A stretch of 64,000 bases of DNA from an uncultured delta proteobacterium. GTDB taxonomy: Bacteria > Myxococcota > Myxococcia > Myxococcales > Myxococcaceae. Each line of letters starts with the position of its first letter. The stretch's first letter is position 1. The stretch covers positions 2,496,001-2,560,000 of the forward strand of contig CAWCKH010000004.1 in assembly GCA_963796055.1 (NCBI GenBank). The letters are read 5' to 3'. Under the pieces are notes generated by a model. That model searched no databases. It was not told the DNA's origin and saw only the letters and a program-made list of their open reading frames with translations. Of the stretch, positions 53,631 to 64,000 are shown in pieces. A program made the translations under genes and the position numbers.

Positions 53631-56432
53631 ATGGCTCGCCCTTCCCTCCCGCCAGCGGCCGAGGCGCTCTTCCGCGCGCACCAGGACAGGAGCACCGGCT
53701 GGCTCACGCTCCTCTGCAGAGGGCGGGAGGCGAAGCTCTACCTCCAGCACGGAGACCTGGTCGGCGCCCGCCTCGGCTTCGGCCACCAGACCGACGCCCA
53801 GGCCCTGCTCGCCTCGGGCGCGCTCGTTCCTCCGGCGCTCGATCTCCTCTGGTCGCGGAGTCAGCTTGGCGACCCGGCGCGGGTCTGCGAGGCCTCTGGG
53901 GTGGATCCCACCGTCCTCTCGGAGACCCGGGCGCTGGCCTCGGTGCGCCGGGTGGCGACCCTCGCCGAGGAGGCGAGCTTCATGCCCGCGCTGGTGGAGG
54001 TCACCTTCCCCCGCGTCCGGGGAGCTCGGGCGGTGCGGGCCGCCTTCGAGGCGCTGCCGCCGGTGCCGCCGACGTCGTGGGTGCGATGCCGCGACCTGTC
54101 CGCCGCCGAGCCCTTCCTCGCCACGGCCGACGAGCGCACCTTCCTCGCCTCGTTCGCCGAGTTCCGCAGCGCCGACGGGCTGCCGACCGCGCAGTCGGCG
54201 CTGCTCCGCGCGCTGGAACAGGCGGGCCTGGTGGAGATCCTCTCTCCCGAGGAATGGGAAGCGCGCGAGGACGCCGAGCGGGCCGAGGCCGCGCGCCGGG
54301 CCGAGGAGGAGTCTCGCCGGGAGGCGGCGCGCCACGCGCTCGAGGCAGCCCGCGCGGCGGAGGACCGCCGCCAGGCAGAGATGCGCGAGCGCGCCGACGC
54401 GGCCCGCCGCGCCCTCGAGGCGGCGAAGGCGGCGGAGGCCTCGTGGCGCCGGGCCCGCGACGAGAACGGCAGCGGCGAGACCGGCGGGCCGGTGGTGCAC
54501 ACCACCGAGCGCGAGTTCCCCGGCCCTCCGGTGCTCGGCACTCCTCACGAGTTCCCATTTGGGGAGCCCCCCGCCCGGACCACCGCGGTGGAGTTCCACG
54601 CGCTCTCCGAGGACATGCCTCCGCTCGAGCCGCCCCCGGAGGCCGTCGACGAGCCGGCGGTTCCGGTGCTCACCCGCACCACGCTCGCGCCCTTCGAGTC
54701 GCCGGTGCCGAGCACCGACCCGATGGGACTGCCGCCGGTGGCCTCCTCGTTCGGGGACGAGGACACCCTGGTCCGGGCGATGGAGCAGGCGCGCGGTCAC
54801 ACCGACCCGTTCGCGCCGATGCCGCCCGCCCCGCCACCCGGCCGTGGCGAGCCGCCGCCTCCGCCCCCGCCCCGGTCGGGGACCGACCCGTACGCGCCGG
54901 GCGTCCCGCCGGAGGTCCGCCAGACGGACCCCTACGCCCAAGCGTTGCCGCGCCACACGCCGGCGCAGGGCACCGATGAGCTGCCCACGCCTCCCTCGCA
55001 GCCGTTCGCCTTCCCTCCGGCGGCGGCGACGCCCACCCCGCCGGCGGGCACCGACGAGGCCAGGACCCCGCCCGGTGGCATCATGCTCGAGTCCGAGGAG
55101 CTGGTGCTCGAGCCCGAGGCGCTCATCCTCTCCGAGGCGGAGCACGCGCCCACCCCGGCCGCGGGGACGCTGGTCGCCGAGCTCAGCGAGGCGCTCCGGC
55201 GCGCCGGTTCGGATGCGCCCCCGGACCTCTTCCAGGCGCCGAGCACCGAGGCGGTGGGGAGCAAGCCCGCGGAGCGAACCCCGCTGCGGCTCGGCCCCGA
55301 GTCGAGCGAGTCCGACGCCGATCTCTGGAAGCTGATGAGCGGTGCGCGGGCCGAGCAGCCTGGCTCGTTCGAGGCGGCGCTCCGCCAGGTCGACGGGCAG
55401 CTCGAGGCGCTGGCCGGCCTGCGCGCGCCGACCGACCCCGACAACCCCAGCACCGTCCCCCTCGCCACCACCGACCTCGACGCCCTGGTCAGGGCCTCGT
55501 TCGAGTCCGGCGAGTGGACGATGGCGCCGCCGATCCCGGACAAGGACACCAACCGGGACACCGGCCGCATCGGGCTGGCCGCGCTGAGCGGGACGCCGCT
55601 GCCGGGGCCCCCTCCCCCCACCGCGGTGAGCCCCGAGCCGCCGGAGCTGTCCGCCGCCCGCCGCCAGGAGCTGCTCCGCCAGGCCCGGGCCGCGGCCGAG
55701 CGGGAGCCGGTGGCCAGCATCCCCACCCCCCCGCCCCGCTCGCTGGAGGACGCCGAGCTCGCCGATGCAATCGAGGCCCGTCACGCGGCGCTGACGCGCG
55801 ACCCCGACCGGTTCGCGGTGCTGGGTCTGTCGCCCGGGGCCGGCCGCGATGACGTGAAGCGCGCCTTCATCGAGCTGGCGAAGGCGTTCCACCCCGACCG
55901 GCTCCCGCGCTCGCTGCACATGCTCCAGCCCAAGGCGGCGCGGGTGTTCGACGCCATCCGCGAGGCGCAGGAGTTCCTGCTGGACGACGTGCGGCGCGCC
56001 GAGCACGCCGCCGTCCATGCCCAGGGCGGCCCGGCGTACGCGAGCGATCCGGCCGCCGCCGCCGAGGCCCTGGTGGCCGGGGAGATGGCGATGCGCCGGC
56101 GGGAGTACGCCCAGGCCGAGGCCCTCTTCCGCCAGGCCCACGAGGCCGATCCGCGCCCGGCCACGCTCGCCGCCGCGGCCTGGGCGATCTACATGGATCC
56201 CTCGCGGCGGGCCGAGGCCGCGCAGGCCCGGGCGATGATGGTGGACGCGCTCAAGGCCGACCCGGACTGCGATCGCGCCCACTACCAGCTCGGGGTCATC
56301 GCCCGGGTGGAAGGGGACGCGGACCGCGCCGAGAAGCACTTCCGCGAGGCGGTGCGCAGCAACCCCCGCCATCCCGAGGCCGCCCAGGAGCTGCGGTTGC
56401 TAGAGATGCGGCGCCGCCCGCGCAAGCGGTAG
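53631..56432 (+). CDS. Large Pro-rich protein with J domain and C-terminal TPRs
   Basis: FAVLGL...VKRAFIELAKAFHPDR J-domain HPD motif, followed by TPRs. Confidence 0.82.
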   Translation: MARPSLPPAAEALFRAHQDRSTGWLTLLCRGREAKLYLQHGDLVGARLGFGHQTDAQALLASGALVPPALDLLWSRSQLGDPARVCEASGVDPTVLSETRALASVRRVATLAEEASFMPALVEVTFPRVRGARAVRAAFEALPPVPPTSWVRCRDLSAAEPFLATADERTFLASFAEFRSADGLPTAQSALLRALEQAGLVEILSPEEWEAREDAERAEAARRAEEESRREAARHALEAARAAEDRRQAEMRERADAARRALEAAKAAEASWRRARDENGSGETGGPVVHTTEREFPGPPVLGTPHEFPFGEPPARTTAVEFHALSEDMPPLEPPPEAVDEPAVPVLTRTTLAPFESPVPSTDPMGLPPVASSFGDEDTLVRAMEQARGHTDPFAPMPPAPPPGRGEPPPPPPPRSGTDPYAPGVPPEVRQTDPYAQALPRHTPAQGTDELPTPPSQPFAFPPAAATPTPPAGTDEARTPPGGIMLESEELVLEPEALILSEAEHAPTPAAGTLVAELSEALRRAGSDAPPDLFQAPSTEAVGSKPAERTPLRLGPESSESDADLWKLMSGARAEQPGSFEAALRQVDGQLEALAGLRAPTDPDNPSTVPLATTDLDALVRASFESGEWTMAPPIPDKDTNRDTGRIGLAALSGTPLPGPPPPTAVSPEPPELSAARRQELLRQARAAAEREPVASIPTPPPRSLEDAELADAIEARHAALTRDPDRFAVLGLSPGAGRDDVKRAFIELAKAFHPDRLPRSLHMLQPKAARVFDAIREAQEFLLDDVRRAEHAAVHAQGGPAYASDPAAAAEALVAGEMAMRRREYAQAEALFRQAHEADPRPATLAAAAWAIYMDPSRRAEAAQARAMMVDALKADPDCDRAHYQLGVIARVEGDADRAEKHFREAVRSNPRHPEAAQELRLLEMRRRPRKR

Positions 56433-56774
56433 TCAGGGCGCTTCGCGGACCCAGGCGTCGAGCGCCGCGCGCTCCTCTTTGCCCAGGCGCACGAACTCGA
56501 TCCCCATCCCCGCCGGCTGCTCGGGCCCGGGGAAGCGCCGGACCCAGGCCACCCGGGCCTGTGCCTGCACCGGCGTGGAGCGTCCGGCGATCTGGAACTC
56601 CAGCGACAGCGTCTCGCCCGGCTCGAGCAACAGGTCTGATACGAGGAACGCGCCGCCCGCGGACAGGTCCGCGCCGGACAGATCCAGCGCGCCCAGCCCA
56701 TCCATCCCACCGGCGCGGAACTCCACCGAGAGTGTCCGACGCGCGTGTCGGCGCTTGTCCTCGTGGGTGAGCAC
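56433..56774 (-). CDS. PilZ domain protein (myxobacterial type)
   Basis: KRRHAR (RxxxR), DLSAGG (DxSxxG), ARVAWVR, GMGIEF. Confidence 0.88.
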   Translation of the reverse strand: MLTHEDKRRHARRTLSVEFRAGGMDGLGALDLSGADLSAGGAFLVSDLLLEPGETLSLEFQIAGRSTPVQAQARVAWVRRFPGPEQPAGMGIEFVRLGKEERAALDAWVREAP

Positions 56775-56810
56775 GGAAAGGTAGCTTACTGATAGCCTTT
56801 GCCGGAGCCC

Positions 56811-59088
56811 ATGGCCAAGCAGCATCTCCTGCTCGTCGACGGCGACCCGAAGAGTCTCCGCGTGATGGAGGTCAGCCTGAAGAAGGCGGGCTTCTCCGTC
56901 ACCACTGCCACGGACGGCAAGGATGCGATCGAGAAGATCCAGATCAGCCCCCCGGACCTGGTGCTTTCGGACACCAGGCTCTCGGAGCTGGATGGGTTCG
57001 AGCTCTGTCGCCGGCTGAAGTCCGACGAGCGGCTGAAGCACATCCCCTTCGTCTTCCTCACCAGCCAGAAAGCCGTGGAATTCAAGGTCCGCGGCCTGGA
57101 GATGGGCGGCGAGGACTACCTGACCAAGCCGATCTACATCAAGGAGATCGTCACCCGGGCGCGGATGATTCTCCAGAAGGCGGAGAAGGAGCGCTTCGAG
57201 CGGCGCGAGACGCGGGGCGGCTTTTCCGGAAGTTTGAGCGACCTCGGGGTGGTGGACCTGGTGCAGACCTTCGAGGTGGGCCGGAAGACGGGGCTGATCC
57301 ACCTCGATGGTGAGCGGTCGGGCACCATCTACTTCCGCGACGGCCGGGTCATCGACGCCGAGCTCGGTCGGCTCGCCGGCGAGAACGCGTTCTACCGGAT
57401 GCTCAACACCTTCGAGGGAAACTTCGAGGTGCAGTTCGTCCCCGTGGACCGCCCGGAGCGCATCGAGGTCTCCACCCAGGGCTTGCTGCTGGAGGGAATG
57501 CGCCGGCTGGACGAGTGGGGCCGGATGCTCGAGCAGCTCCCCCCGCTGGAGACGGTGTTCGAGATCGACTACCGGCAGCTGGCGGAGCGGCTGAGCGAGA
57601 TCCCCGACGAGGTGAACGGGCTGCTCCGGCTCTTCGACGGTCGCCGCTCGCTGGCGCGGGTGGTGGACGACTCCGATTTCGAGGACCTGGCCGCCCTGGG
57701 CATCATCTCCAAGCTGTACTTCGAGGGGCTGGTGCGCGAGGCCGGCGGGACGCCTCCGTTCGGCGCGCGCGAGTCGCGGGCCCTCGGCGGCTGGCTGGAC
57801 GGCACGCCACCGCCGGCGGTGTGGTCGGGGCCGGTCGCGGTCCAGGCGGAATCCGGCGGCGCACACTCCGCCTCCGGGCGCGGTGCCCACCGTGGCGCCG
57901 CTATCGGCCGAGGAGGCGGCGGCCCGCGCGGTGCCAGTGACCAATGGGGCGCCCCTCGCTCCGGCGGAGGCGGTGAACGGCACGGCCGCGCCGGGCAGCG
58001 CGGGCACTCCGGACGAGCCGCTCGCGCCCGCTCCGGACCCGGCCGAGACCCTGCATGCGGATGCCGCCGGCGTGCTGGCGCCGCTGCCAGCTGCCATCGC
58101 CGCGGAGGTGGCGAGCGCCGAGCCCGAGATGCATGCGCTCCTCGGCACCCCCCCGCCCGAGGGTGCGGTGGCGCTGCGGCCGGGCTCGGCGCCGGGCTCG
58201 GCGGACGTGCTCCTCTTCTCCCCGCGTCCGGACGCGATGCCGGCGCGGCTACCGGGCTCGGCGTTCCTCGTGGCGCCCCCTCCGGCGGCGCGGGCGGTGG
58301 AGCAGGCGCAGGCCAAGGCGCTGACCGACTGGGGTCACCCGCCGCCTCCTCCGCCCCCCGCCGTCGCGTCGCCGGCGAGCCCGCCGCTCCGGGAACCGCT
58401 GTTCGGCGGGGCCGCAGAGGAGCCCGATCCACCGGCGCAGGCCGACCCCGCGGAGTCCGAGTCTCCGGAGCCGACGCTCTTCGCCGCGCACACGCCGAGA
58501 CGGAGCGGCCGCTGGATGGTGGTCGCCGTTGCCGTCGCCGCAGTCATCGGGCTGGGCGTCTGGCTGCTGGGGTCCGTTGTGCCGGCGCCGGCCGAGCCCG
58601 CCCCGGTGGCAAGCGCCCCCGAGCCGACCGTGCCCCCGCTCGGGGGCTCTCCGCAGCAGGACACGCCGTCGGCGGAGGAGCCGGGCGAGGCGGATTACCA
58701 GGCCGCGGTTCAGGCCGCGCGCCAGGCGAACGCGGCGAGCAAGTGGGAGCTCGAGGCCGAGGAGTACCGTCGGGCGCTCGCGGTCCGTCCCGCCTCGCTG
58801 GAGGCGAAGGAGGGCCTGGGCGCGGCCATCGTGAAGAGCTCCGGCCGCACCGGCAGCTACCTCGAGGCCGAGCGGCTCCTGGCCGAGGTCGTCACCGCGG
58901 ACGCCGGGCGCTCCCGGGCCTGGCTGGTGCTGGGAATGGCCCGCCAGCTCGGCGCCCGACCCGGCCCGGCCGTCGAGGCCTACCGGCGCTACCTGGAGCT
59001 GGTACCGCAGGGCCCCGTCGCCTCCGACGTGCGGGCGGTGGTGCGCGAGCTGGACCGGAGCGTGGCGCAGCGGCGCCCGGGGCGGTAG
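56811..59088 (+). pseudogene. pglH: REC + DUF4388-like + Pro-rich + TM + TPR regulator (PglH-like), frameshifted near 57850
   Basis: Receiver and [16 protein letters not shown] domain in one frame; the Pro-rich/TM/TPR part continues in the +1 frame to 59088. Name assigned from remembered architecture and synteny. Confidence 0.65.
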
Positions 59089-59097
59089 AGCAGGGCG

Positions 59098-60096
59098 GTG
59101 CGCGTCCTCGGCCTCGAGACCTCGTGCGACGAGACGGCGGCTGCCGTGGTGGAGGACGGCCGCCGGGCGCTCTCCGACGTGGTCTCCACCCAGGTGGACA
59201 TCCACCGCCGCTGGGGCGGGGTGGTGCCCGAGCTCGCGAGCCGGAACCACGTGGTCCAGATCATCCCGGTGGTGGATGAGGCGCTCCGGCGCGCGGGGTG
59301 CACCCTGGAGGACCTGGATCTCATCGCCGTCACCCGCGGGCCCGGGCTGCTCGGAGCGCTGCTGGTGGGGGTGCAGCTCGGCAAGTCGCTGTCGGCCGCC
59401 ACTGGCGTTCCCCTGGTGGGGGTCAACCACCTCGAGGGGCACCTGCTCGCCGCGCGACTGCTGCCCACGCCGCCCGAGCCACCCTTCCTCGCCCTGGTCG
59501 TCTCGGGTGGGCACACCAGCCTCTATGCGGTCCGGGAGTTCGGGCAGTACGCACGGGTGGGCAGCACCCGGGACGATGCCGCCGGGGAGGCCTACGACAA
59601 GGTGGCCCGGCTCCTGGGGCTCCCGTACCCCGGCGGGCTCCCCATCGACCGGCTGGCGCAAACCGGTGACCCACGCGCCATCCGCTTCCCCCGCGCGCTG
59701 AACGTGCCCGGCGTCTACGACTGGAGCTTCAGCGGGCTGAAGACCGCGGTGCGAAACCACGTGCGCGTGCACGGGGTGCCACAGGGGCAGGCACTGGCGG
59801 ACACCTGTGCCTCGTTCCAGGAGGCGGTGGCGGACTCGCTCTCGCGCAAGCTGGTGACGGCAGCACGCGCGCTGGGGCAGAAGGACGTGGTGCTCTGTGG
59901 TGGGGTGGCGGCGAACTCGCGCCTCCGGGCGCTCACCCTCGAGCGCGCCGGCGAGCGGGACATCCGGGTGCACCTGCCCCCACCCGCGCTCTGCACCGAC
60001 AACGGGGCGATGATCGCCGTTGCCGGCACCGAGGCCTGGCGCCGCGGCGAGCGGGGCGACGGAGCTCCGGTCGTCGACGCGGGCTGGACGCCATAG
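59098..60096 (+). CDS. tsaD: t6A37 threonylcarbamoyltransferase
   Basis: [48 protein letters not shown]. Confidence 0.97.
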   Translation: MRVLGLETSCDETAAAVVEDGRRALSDVVSTQVDIHRRWGGVVPELASRNHVVQIIPVVDEALRRAGCTLEDLDLIAVTRGPGLLGALLVGVQLGKSLSAATGVPLVGVNHLEGHLLAARLLPTPPEPPFLALVVSGGHTSLYAVREFGQYARVGSTRDDAAGEAYDKVARLLGLPYPGGLPIDRLAQTGDPRAIRFPRALNVPGVYDWSFSGLKTAVRNHVRVHGVPQGQALADTCASFQEAVADSLSRKLVTAARALGQKDVVLCGGVAANSRLRALTLERAGERDIRVHLPPPALCTDNGAMIAVAGTEAWRRGERGDGAPVVDAGWTP

Positions 60097-60108
60097 GAGT
60101 CGCTTCCG

Positions 60109-60945
60109 GTGGACTCGCCCCGGAGGATGCTGCAGCAGCACGGACTCCGGCCGAAGCACGCCTGGGGCCAGAACTTCCTCGACGACCCGGCGGTGCTGGC
60201 CGACATCGTCCATGCCGCCCGGCTCGGCCCGGACTCGGTGGTGGTCGAGCTCGGAGCGGGCCTGGGGCACCTCACCCGGGCGCTGCTCGACACCGGGGCG
60301 CGGGTGGTGGCCGTGGAGCGCGACCGAGATCTGCTGCAGATCCTCGAGGGCTGGAAGGCCGAGCGGCTCACGGTGCTCGCCGCCAACGCCGCCCGCCTGG
60401 ACCTCGCGAGGGTGGCGGGGACGCGTCCGCTGACCCTGGTGGGAAACCTGCCGTACCACCTGACCTCGTCCATCCTCTTCGAGGCGCTGGAGCAGCACGG
60501 GGATCTCCTGCGCTGCGTTTTCACCGTGCAGCGGGAGGTCGCCGAGCGGGTGGCGGCGGGGGAGGGCACGCGGAACGGAGGGCTGCTCACGGTCCTGCTC
60601 GGGGTCTGGTTCGACGCCTCCATCGTCCGGACGGTCCCGGCCGCCGCCTTCCATCCGCCGCCGAAGGTGGACTCGGCGGTGCTGCTGCTCGAGCACCGGG
60701 CGGTGCCGCGGGCGGAGGTGGCGGACGAGGCCTTCTTTCGCAAGGTGGTGAAGGCGGCGTTCTCGCAGCGACGGAAGACGCTCCTCAACGCGCTCCAGTC
60801 CGACCGCGAGCTGGGAGACGCTGCCCGCATTCGCGCCGCGCTCGCCGCCGCGGACATCGAGCCCGCGCGCCGCGCCGAGACGCTCGCCGTGGCCGAGTTC
60901 GCACGTCTGGCCGGGGCGTTGAGGCAGCCACCGGGGCGTGGTTGA
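60109..60945 (+). CDS. rsmA: 16S rRNA adenine dimethyltransferase
   Basis: GQNFL, ELGAGLG, GNLPY, QREVAER, FHPPPKVDS. Confidence 0.96.
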   Translation: MDSPRRMLQQHGLRPKHAWGQNFLDDPAVLADIVHAARLGPDSVVVELGAGLGHLTRALLDTGARVVAVERDRDLLQILEGWKAERLTVLAANAARLDLARVAGTRPLTLVGNLPYHLTSSILFEALEQHGDLLRCVFTVQREVAERVAAGEGTRNGGLLTVLLGVWFDASIVRTVPAAAFHPPPKVDSAVLLLEHRAVPRAEVADEAFFRKVVKAAFSQRRKTLLNALQSDRELGDAARIRAALAAADIEPARRAETLAVAEFARLAGALRQPPGRG

Positions 60946-61592
60946 CTGGCGCCGGCTTGGACCAGCGCTACATCGCCGTCGAGGGGCCCATCGGGGTGGG
61001 GAAGAGCAGCCTGGCGCGCCTCCTCGCCGAGCGCCTGGGGGGCCGTCTGGTGCTGGAAGAGGTGGAGGACAATCCTTTCCTCGCCCGCTTCTACCAGGAC
61101 CGGAGCAGCTGGGCCTTCCAGACCCAGCTCTTCTTCCTCCTGAGCCGCTGGCAGCAGCAGCAGAAGCTGCTCCAGACCGACCTGTTCGCCGCAGCCACGG
61201 TGAGCGACTACGTCTTCGCCAAGGACCGCATCTTCGCCACCCTGACCCTGCAGCCGGCGGAGCTGGCGCTGTACGACCGGGTCTACGACGCGCTGGGCCC
61301 CCGGGTGCCGCAGCCGGACCTGGTCATCTTCCTCCAGTGCCGGCTGGAGGTCCTGCTCCAGCGCATCAAGCGGCGGGGCCGGGACTTCGAGCGGCACTTC
61401 GACCCCGACTACCTCGAGGCGCTCTCCCGCGCGTACAACGACTTCTTCTTCCACTACGCCGACACGCCGCTGCTGGTCATCAACACCAGCGACATCGACT
61501 TCGTCCACAACGCCGCCGACCTGGACAACCTGGTCTCGGTGGTCCGGAAGATGCGCAAGGGCGTCCACCACTACCTGCCCCTGAAAAAGTAG
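60942..61592 (+). CDS. Deoxynucleoside kinase
   Basis: IAVEGPIGVGKS, NPFLARFY, RIKRRGRDFE. Confidence 0.92.
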   Translation: MTGAGLDQRYIAVEGPIGVGKSSLARLLAERLGGRLVLEEVEDNPFLARFYQDRSSWAFQTQLFFLLSRWQQQQKLLQTDLFAAATVSDYVFAKDRIFATLTLQPAELALYDRVYDALGPRVPQPDLVIFLQCRLEVLLQRIKRRGRDFERHFDPDYLEALSRAYNDFFFHYADTPLLVINTSDIDFVHNAADLDNLVSVVRKMRKGVHHYLPLKK

Positions 61593-61630
61593 TTTCCAGT
61601 GGCACGGGAGCCCTCCGGTGACGATAGATT

Positions 61631-61739
61631 ACCCGTCCCCCGGGGTCGCCGAGCCGTGAGGCCGGTGAACCGACGTCGAAGCAGGGGGAACACAGGTCGG
61701 AACGAACACAACCCGCAGTCCTCAGACGGAGGTGAACCC
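61631..61739 (+). promoter_or_regulatory. Possible structured panB leader (pan-motif-like)
   Basis: CCGTC (61633-37) can pair with GACGG (61725-29), which overlaps the GGAGG SD of panB. Confidence 0.4.
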
Positions 61740-62639
61740 GTGGACAAGGTCACCATCCACACGCTGAAGCGCCTGAAGCAGGCCGGCCAGAGAATCACCA
61801 TGGTCACGGCCTACGACGCCACCTTCGCCCGCATTGTGGACGACGCCGGAGCCGACGTGCTCCTGGTCGGGGACAGCCTGGGCATGGTGGTGCAGGGTCA
61901 CGAGTCGACCCTGCCCGTCACCATGGACCAGATGGTCTACCACTGCCGCGCTGTGAGCCGCGGGACGAAGCGGGCCCACGTGGTGGGCGACCTGCCGTTC
62001 CTCAGCTACCAGGCATCCGTGCCCGAGGCGGTGAAGAACGCCGGCCGGCTCCTCGCCGAGGGCGGAGTGAGCAGCGTGAAGCTCGAGGGCGGCGCGGAGT
62101 TCGCCGAGACCATCGAGGCCATCGTCCGTGCGGGCATCCCGGTCATGGGACACCTGGGGCTGACGCCGCAGTCGGTACACCGGATGGGCGGCTTCGTCGT
62201 GCAGGGTCGGGAGGAGGAGCAGGCGAAGGCCATCTTCCGCGACGCGCAGGCGCTGGAGCGGGCGGGCTGCTACGCGCTGGTGCTCGAGGGCATGCCGAAG
62301 GAGCTGGCGCGGGACATCACCGCCTCCCTGCGCATTCCCACCATCGGCATCGGCGCCGGCATCGACTGCGACGGCCAGGTGCTGGTCTGCTACGACCTCT
62401 TCGGCTTCAACCCCGACTTCAAGCCCAAGTTCGTGAAGCGGTTCGTCGATGGGTACGGCGTGCTCCGCGGGGCGGCCGAGGCGTTCTGCGCCGAGGTGCG
62501 AGGCGGGACGTTCCCCGGCGACGAGCACTCCTTCACCAGCAAGGTTCCGCTCCGCCTGCTACCTGGGCAGGGCCAGGCCTCATCGGGCCCGTCGGGTGAG
62601 CTGGAGAAGGTCGGGCCCATCTACGGTGTCCCGGTGTGA
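61740..62639 (+). CDS. panB: Ketopantoate hydroxymethyltransferase
   Basis: [37 protein letters not shown]. Confidence 0.97.
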   Translation: MDKVTIHTLKRLKQAGQRITMVTAYDATFARIVDDAGADVLLVGDSLGMVVQGHESTLPVTMDQMVYHCRAVSRGTKRAHVVGDLPFLSYQASVPEAVKNAGRLLAEGGVSSVKLEGGAEFAETIEAIVRAGIPVMGHLGLTPQSVHRMGGFVVQGREEEQAKAIFRDAQALERAGCYALVLEGMPKELARDITASLRIPTIGIGAGIDCDGQVLVCYDLFGFNPDFKPKFVKRFVDGYGVLRGAAEAFCAEVRGGTFPGDEHSFTSKVPLRLLPGQGQASSGPSGELEKVGPIYGVPV

Positions 62640-63481
62640 TGCGCGTTCTCCGCACCCCGGCCGAGCTCGCCGAGTGGACGGAGACGGCGCGGCGCCACGG
62701 CCGGCGGGTGGGTCTGGTGCCGACGATGGGGTTCCTCCACCGGGGGCACCTGAGCCTGATGGAGGCCTCGGCTGAGCGCGCCGACAGCACGGTGGTGAGC
62801 ATCTTCGTGAATCCGACCCAGTTCGGGCCGAACGAGGACCTGGCGCGCTACCCCCGTGATCTCGAGGGCGACCTCCACCAGTGCCGGGAGGCGCGGATGG
62901 ACGCGATGTTCGCGCCCGACGCCGGGGCGATGTACCCCCCTGGGCACAGGACGTACGTCGAGGTGACGGGCCTTCAAGATGGTCTGTGCGGTGCACGGCG
63001 GCCAGGCCACTTCCGGGGTGTGGCCACGGTGGTGACCCAGCTCTTCACGCTGGCCCGGCCGCACCTGGCAGTGTTCGGCGAGAAGGACTGGCAGCAGCTG
63101 CAGATCGTCCGGCGCCTCGCGGTGGACTTGCACCTCGGGGTGGAGGTGGTGGGGATGCCCATCGTGCGCGAGGCGGACGGGCTGGCGATGAGCTCGCGGA
63201 ACGCCTACCTCTCCCCGTCCGAGCGGGCGCGGGCCCTGGCGCTGAGCCGCGGCCTGCTGGCGGCCCGGGGCCGGTGGTCGGCGGGCGAGCAGGGGGTGGA
63301 GGCGCTCCGGGACGCGGTCCGGGCCGAGCTCCGGGCGGCGGAGGTCCGCGAGGACTACGTCGAGCTGGTGGAACCCGCCACGCTCGAGCCCCTGAAGCGG
63401 GCGGAGCGGCCCGACGCCCGCCTCCTGGTCGCCGCCTTCGTGGGCGCCACCCGGCTGATCGACAACACCCCCGTCGGCTGA
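62639..63481 (+). CDS. panC: Pantoate--beta-alanine ligase
   Basis: [38 protein letters not shown]. Confidence 0.97.
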   Translation: MRVLRTPAELAEWTETARRHGRRVGLVPTMGFLHRGHLSLMEASAERADSTVVSIFVNPTQFGPNEDLARYPRDLEGDLHQCREARMDAMFAPDAGAMYPPGHRTYVEVTGLQDGLCGARRPGHFRGVATVVTQLFTLARPHLAVFGEKDWQQLQIVRRLAVDLHLGVEVVGMPIVREADGLAMSSRNAYLSPSERARALALSRGLLAARGRWSAGEQGVEALRDAVRAELRAAEVREDYVELVEPATLEPLKRAERPDARLLVAAFVGATRLIDNTPVG

Positions 63482-63498
63482 GAGGGGCCCGAACCCCC

Positions 63499-63965
63499 AT
63501 GGCGCACAAGGAAGCCCCCGGCGAGCTGGTGGTCGCCACGAACCGAAAGGCACGGGCTTCCTACACCGTCGAGGACACGCTCGAGGCAGGGCTGGCCCTG
63601 CTGGGCAGCGAGGTGAAGAGCCTCCGGGCAGGGGCGGTCCAGATGGCCGACGCCTTCGCCCAGCCGCGCGGGGGGAGCTGTACCTTCACTCCCTGCGGAT
63701 CGCCCCATACGGGGCCGCGGCGGCCTTTCCCCACGACCCGGTCCGCCCCCGCAAGCTTCTGCTGCACCGTGCCGAGCTGGACAGCTGGGGAGCCAAGGTG
63801 CGCGAACGGGGTTATTCCATCGTCCCGCTCGTGCTTTACTTCAAACACGGGAAGGCCAAGGTCCAGCTGGGGCTGGTCCGGGGTAAGACCCACGAGGACC
63901 GACGCGAGGACATCAAGGAGCGCGACACTCGACGGGAAATGGATCGCGCACTGCGCCGACGTTAG
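63499..63965 (+). CDS. smpB: SsrA-binding protein with an apparent 1-nt deletion in the G6 run at 63670-63675
   Basis: NRKARASY...[15 protein letters not shown] in one frame; ELYLH...RPRKLLLH...[22 protein letters not shown]...DRREDIKER in another. Confidence 0.92.
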
Positions 63966-64000
63966 ACGCTGGACGCTGGGACGGGCATGGACGATCGAGC

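Noticed and set aside
61600..61616. sigma54 promoter (TGGCACG) upstream of panB
   Set aside because: No GC dinucleotide at the -12 position.
1..64000. Many long overlapping or antisense ORFs in the six-frame track (e.g. 16718-19006 -, 53583-56372 -, 21757-24237 +, 58249-60696 -)
   Set aside because: Shadow ORFs expected at very high GC. They are Arg/Pro/Gly/Ala-rich, lack motifs and lie opposite or across well-supported genes.
1..64000. CRISPR arrays, tRNA/rRNA genes, IS elements, prophage or defence genes
   Set aside because: No regularly spaced repeats, cloverleaf signatures, transposase/integrase motifs or low-GC islands were seen by eye.
63966..64000. Start of ssrA (tmRNA) after smpB
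   Set aside because: Only 35 nt are available and they lack the GGGG.. tRNA-like 5' end.

Overview
A very GC-rich bacterial chromosome segment, almost certainly from a myxobacterium (Myxococcota). The assignment rests on DigR-, Pph1- and PglH-like genes, PilZ, FHA-TPR and J-TPR proteins, and the gene order. The window is mostly core genome: the distal dcw cluster (murC end, murB-ddl-ftsQ-ftsA-ftsZ), accC/BCCP, epmA, rRNA/tRNA modification genes, a complete his operon, thrBC, cbs/cgl, amgK-murU and tsaD-rsmA-dNK-panBC-smpB. I found no rRNA, tRNA, CRISPR array, integrase or transposase. The most notable signals are non-coding or unannotated. (1) A His-rich leader peptide with mutually exclusive hairpins lies in front of hisG (candidate ribosome-mediated attenuator). 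(2) A ~65-bp element is duplicated (52/66 identical by hand alignment) directly upstream of ftsQ and of ftsZ. (3) A 4.9-kb accessory block splits murC from murB. (4) Twin ECF-type promoter motifs flank an anti-sigma/sigma pair whose DUF4331 target has decayed. (5) There is a pan-like leader before panB. There are also several gene remnants and two single-base frameshifts (pglH-like gene, smpB) that may be long-read errors. All calls come from reading the sequence; no searches were run.
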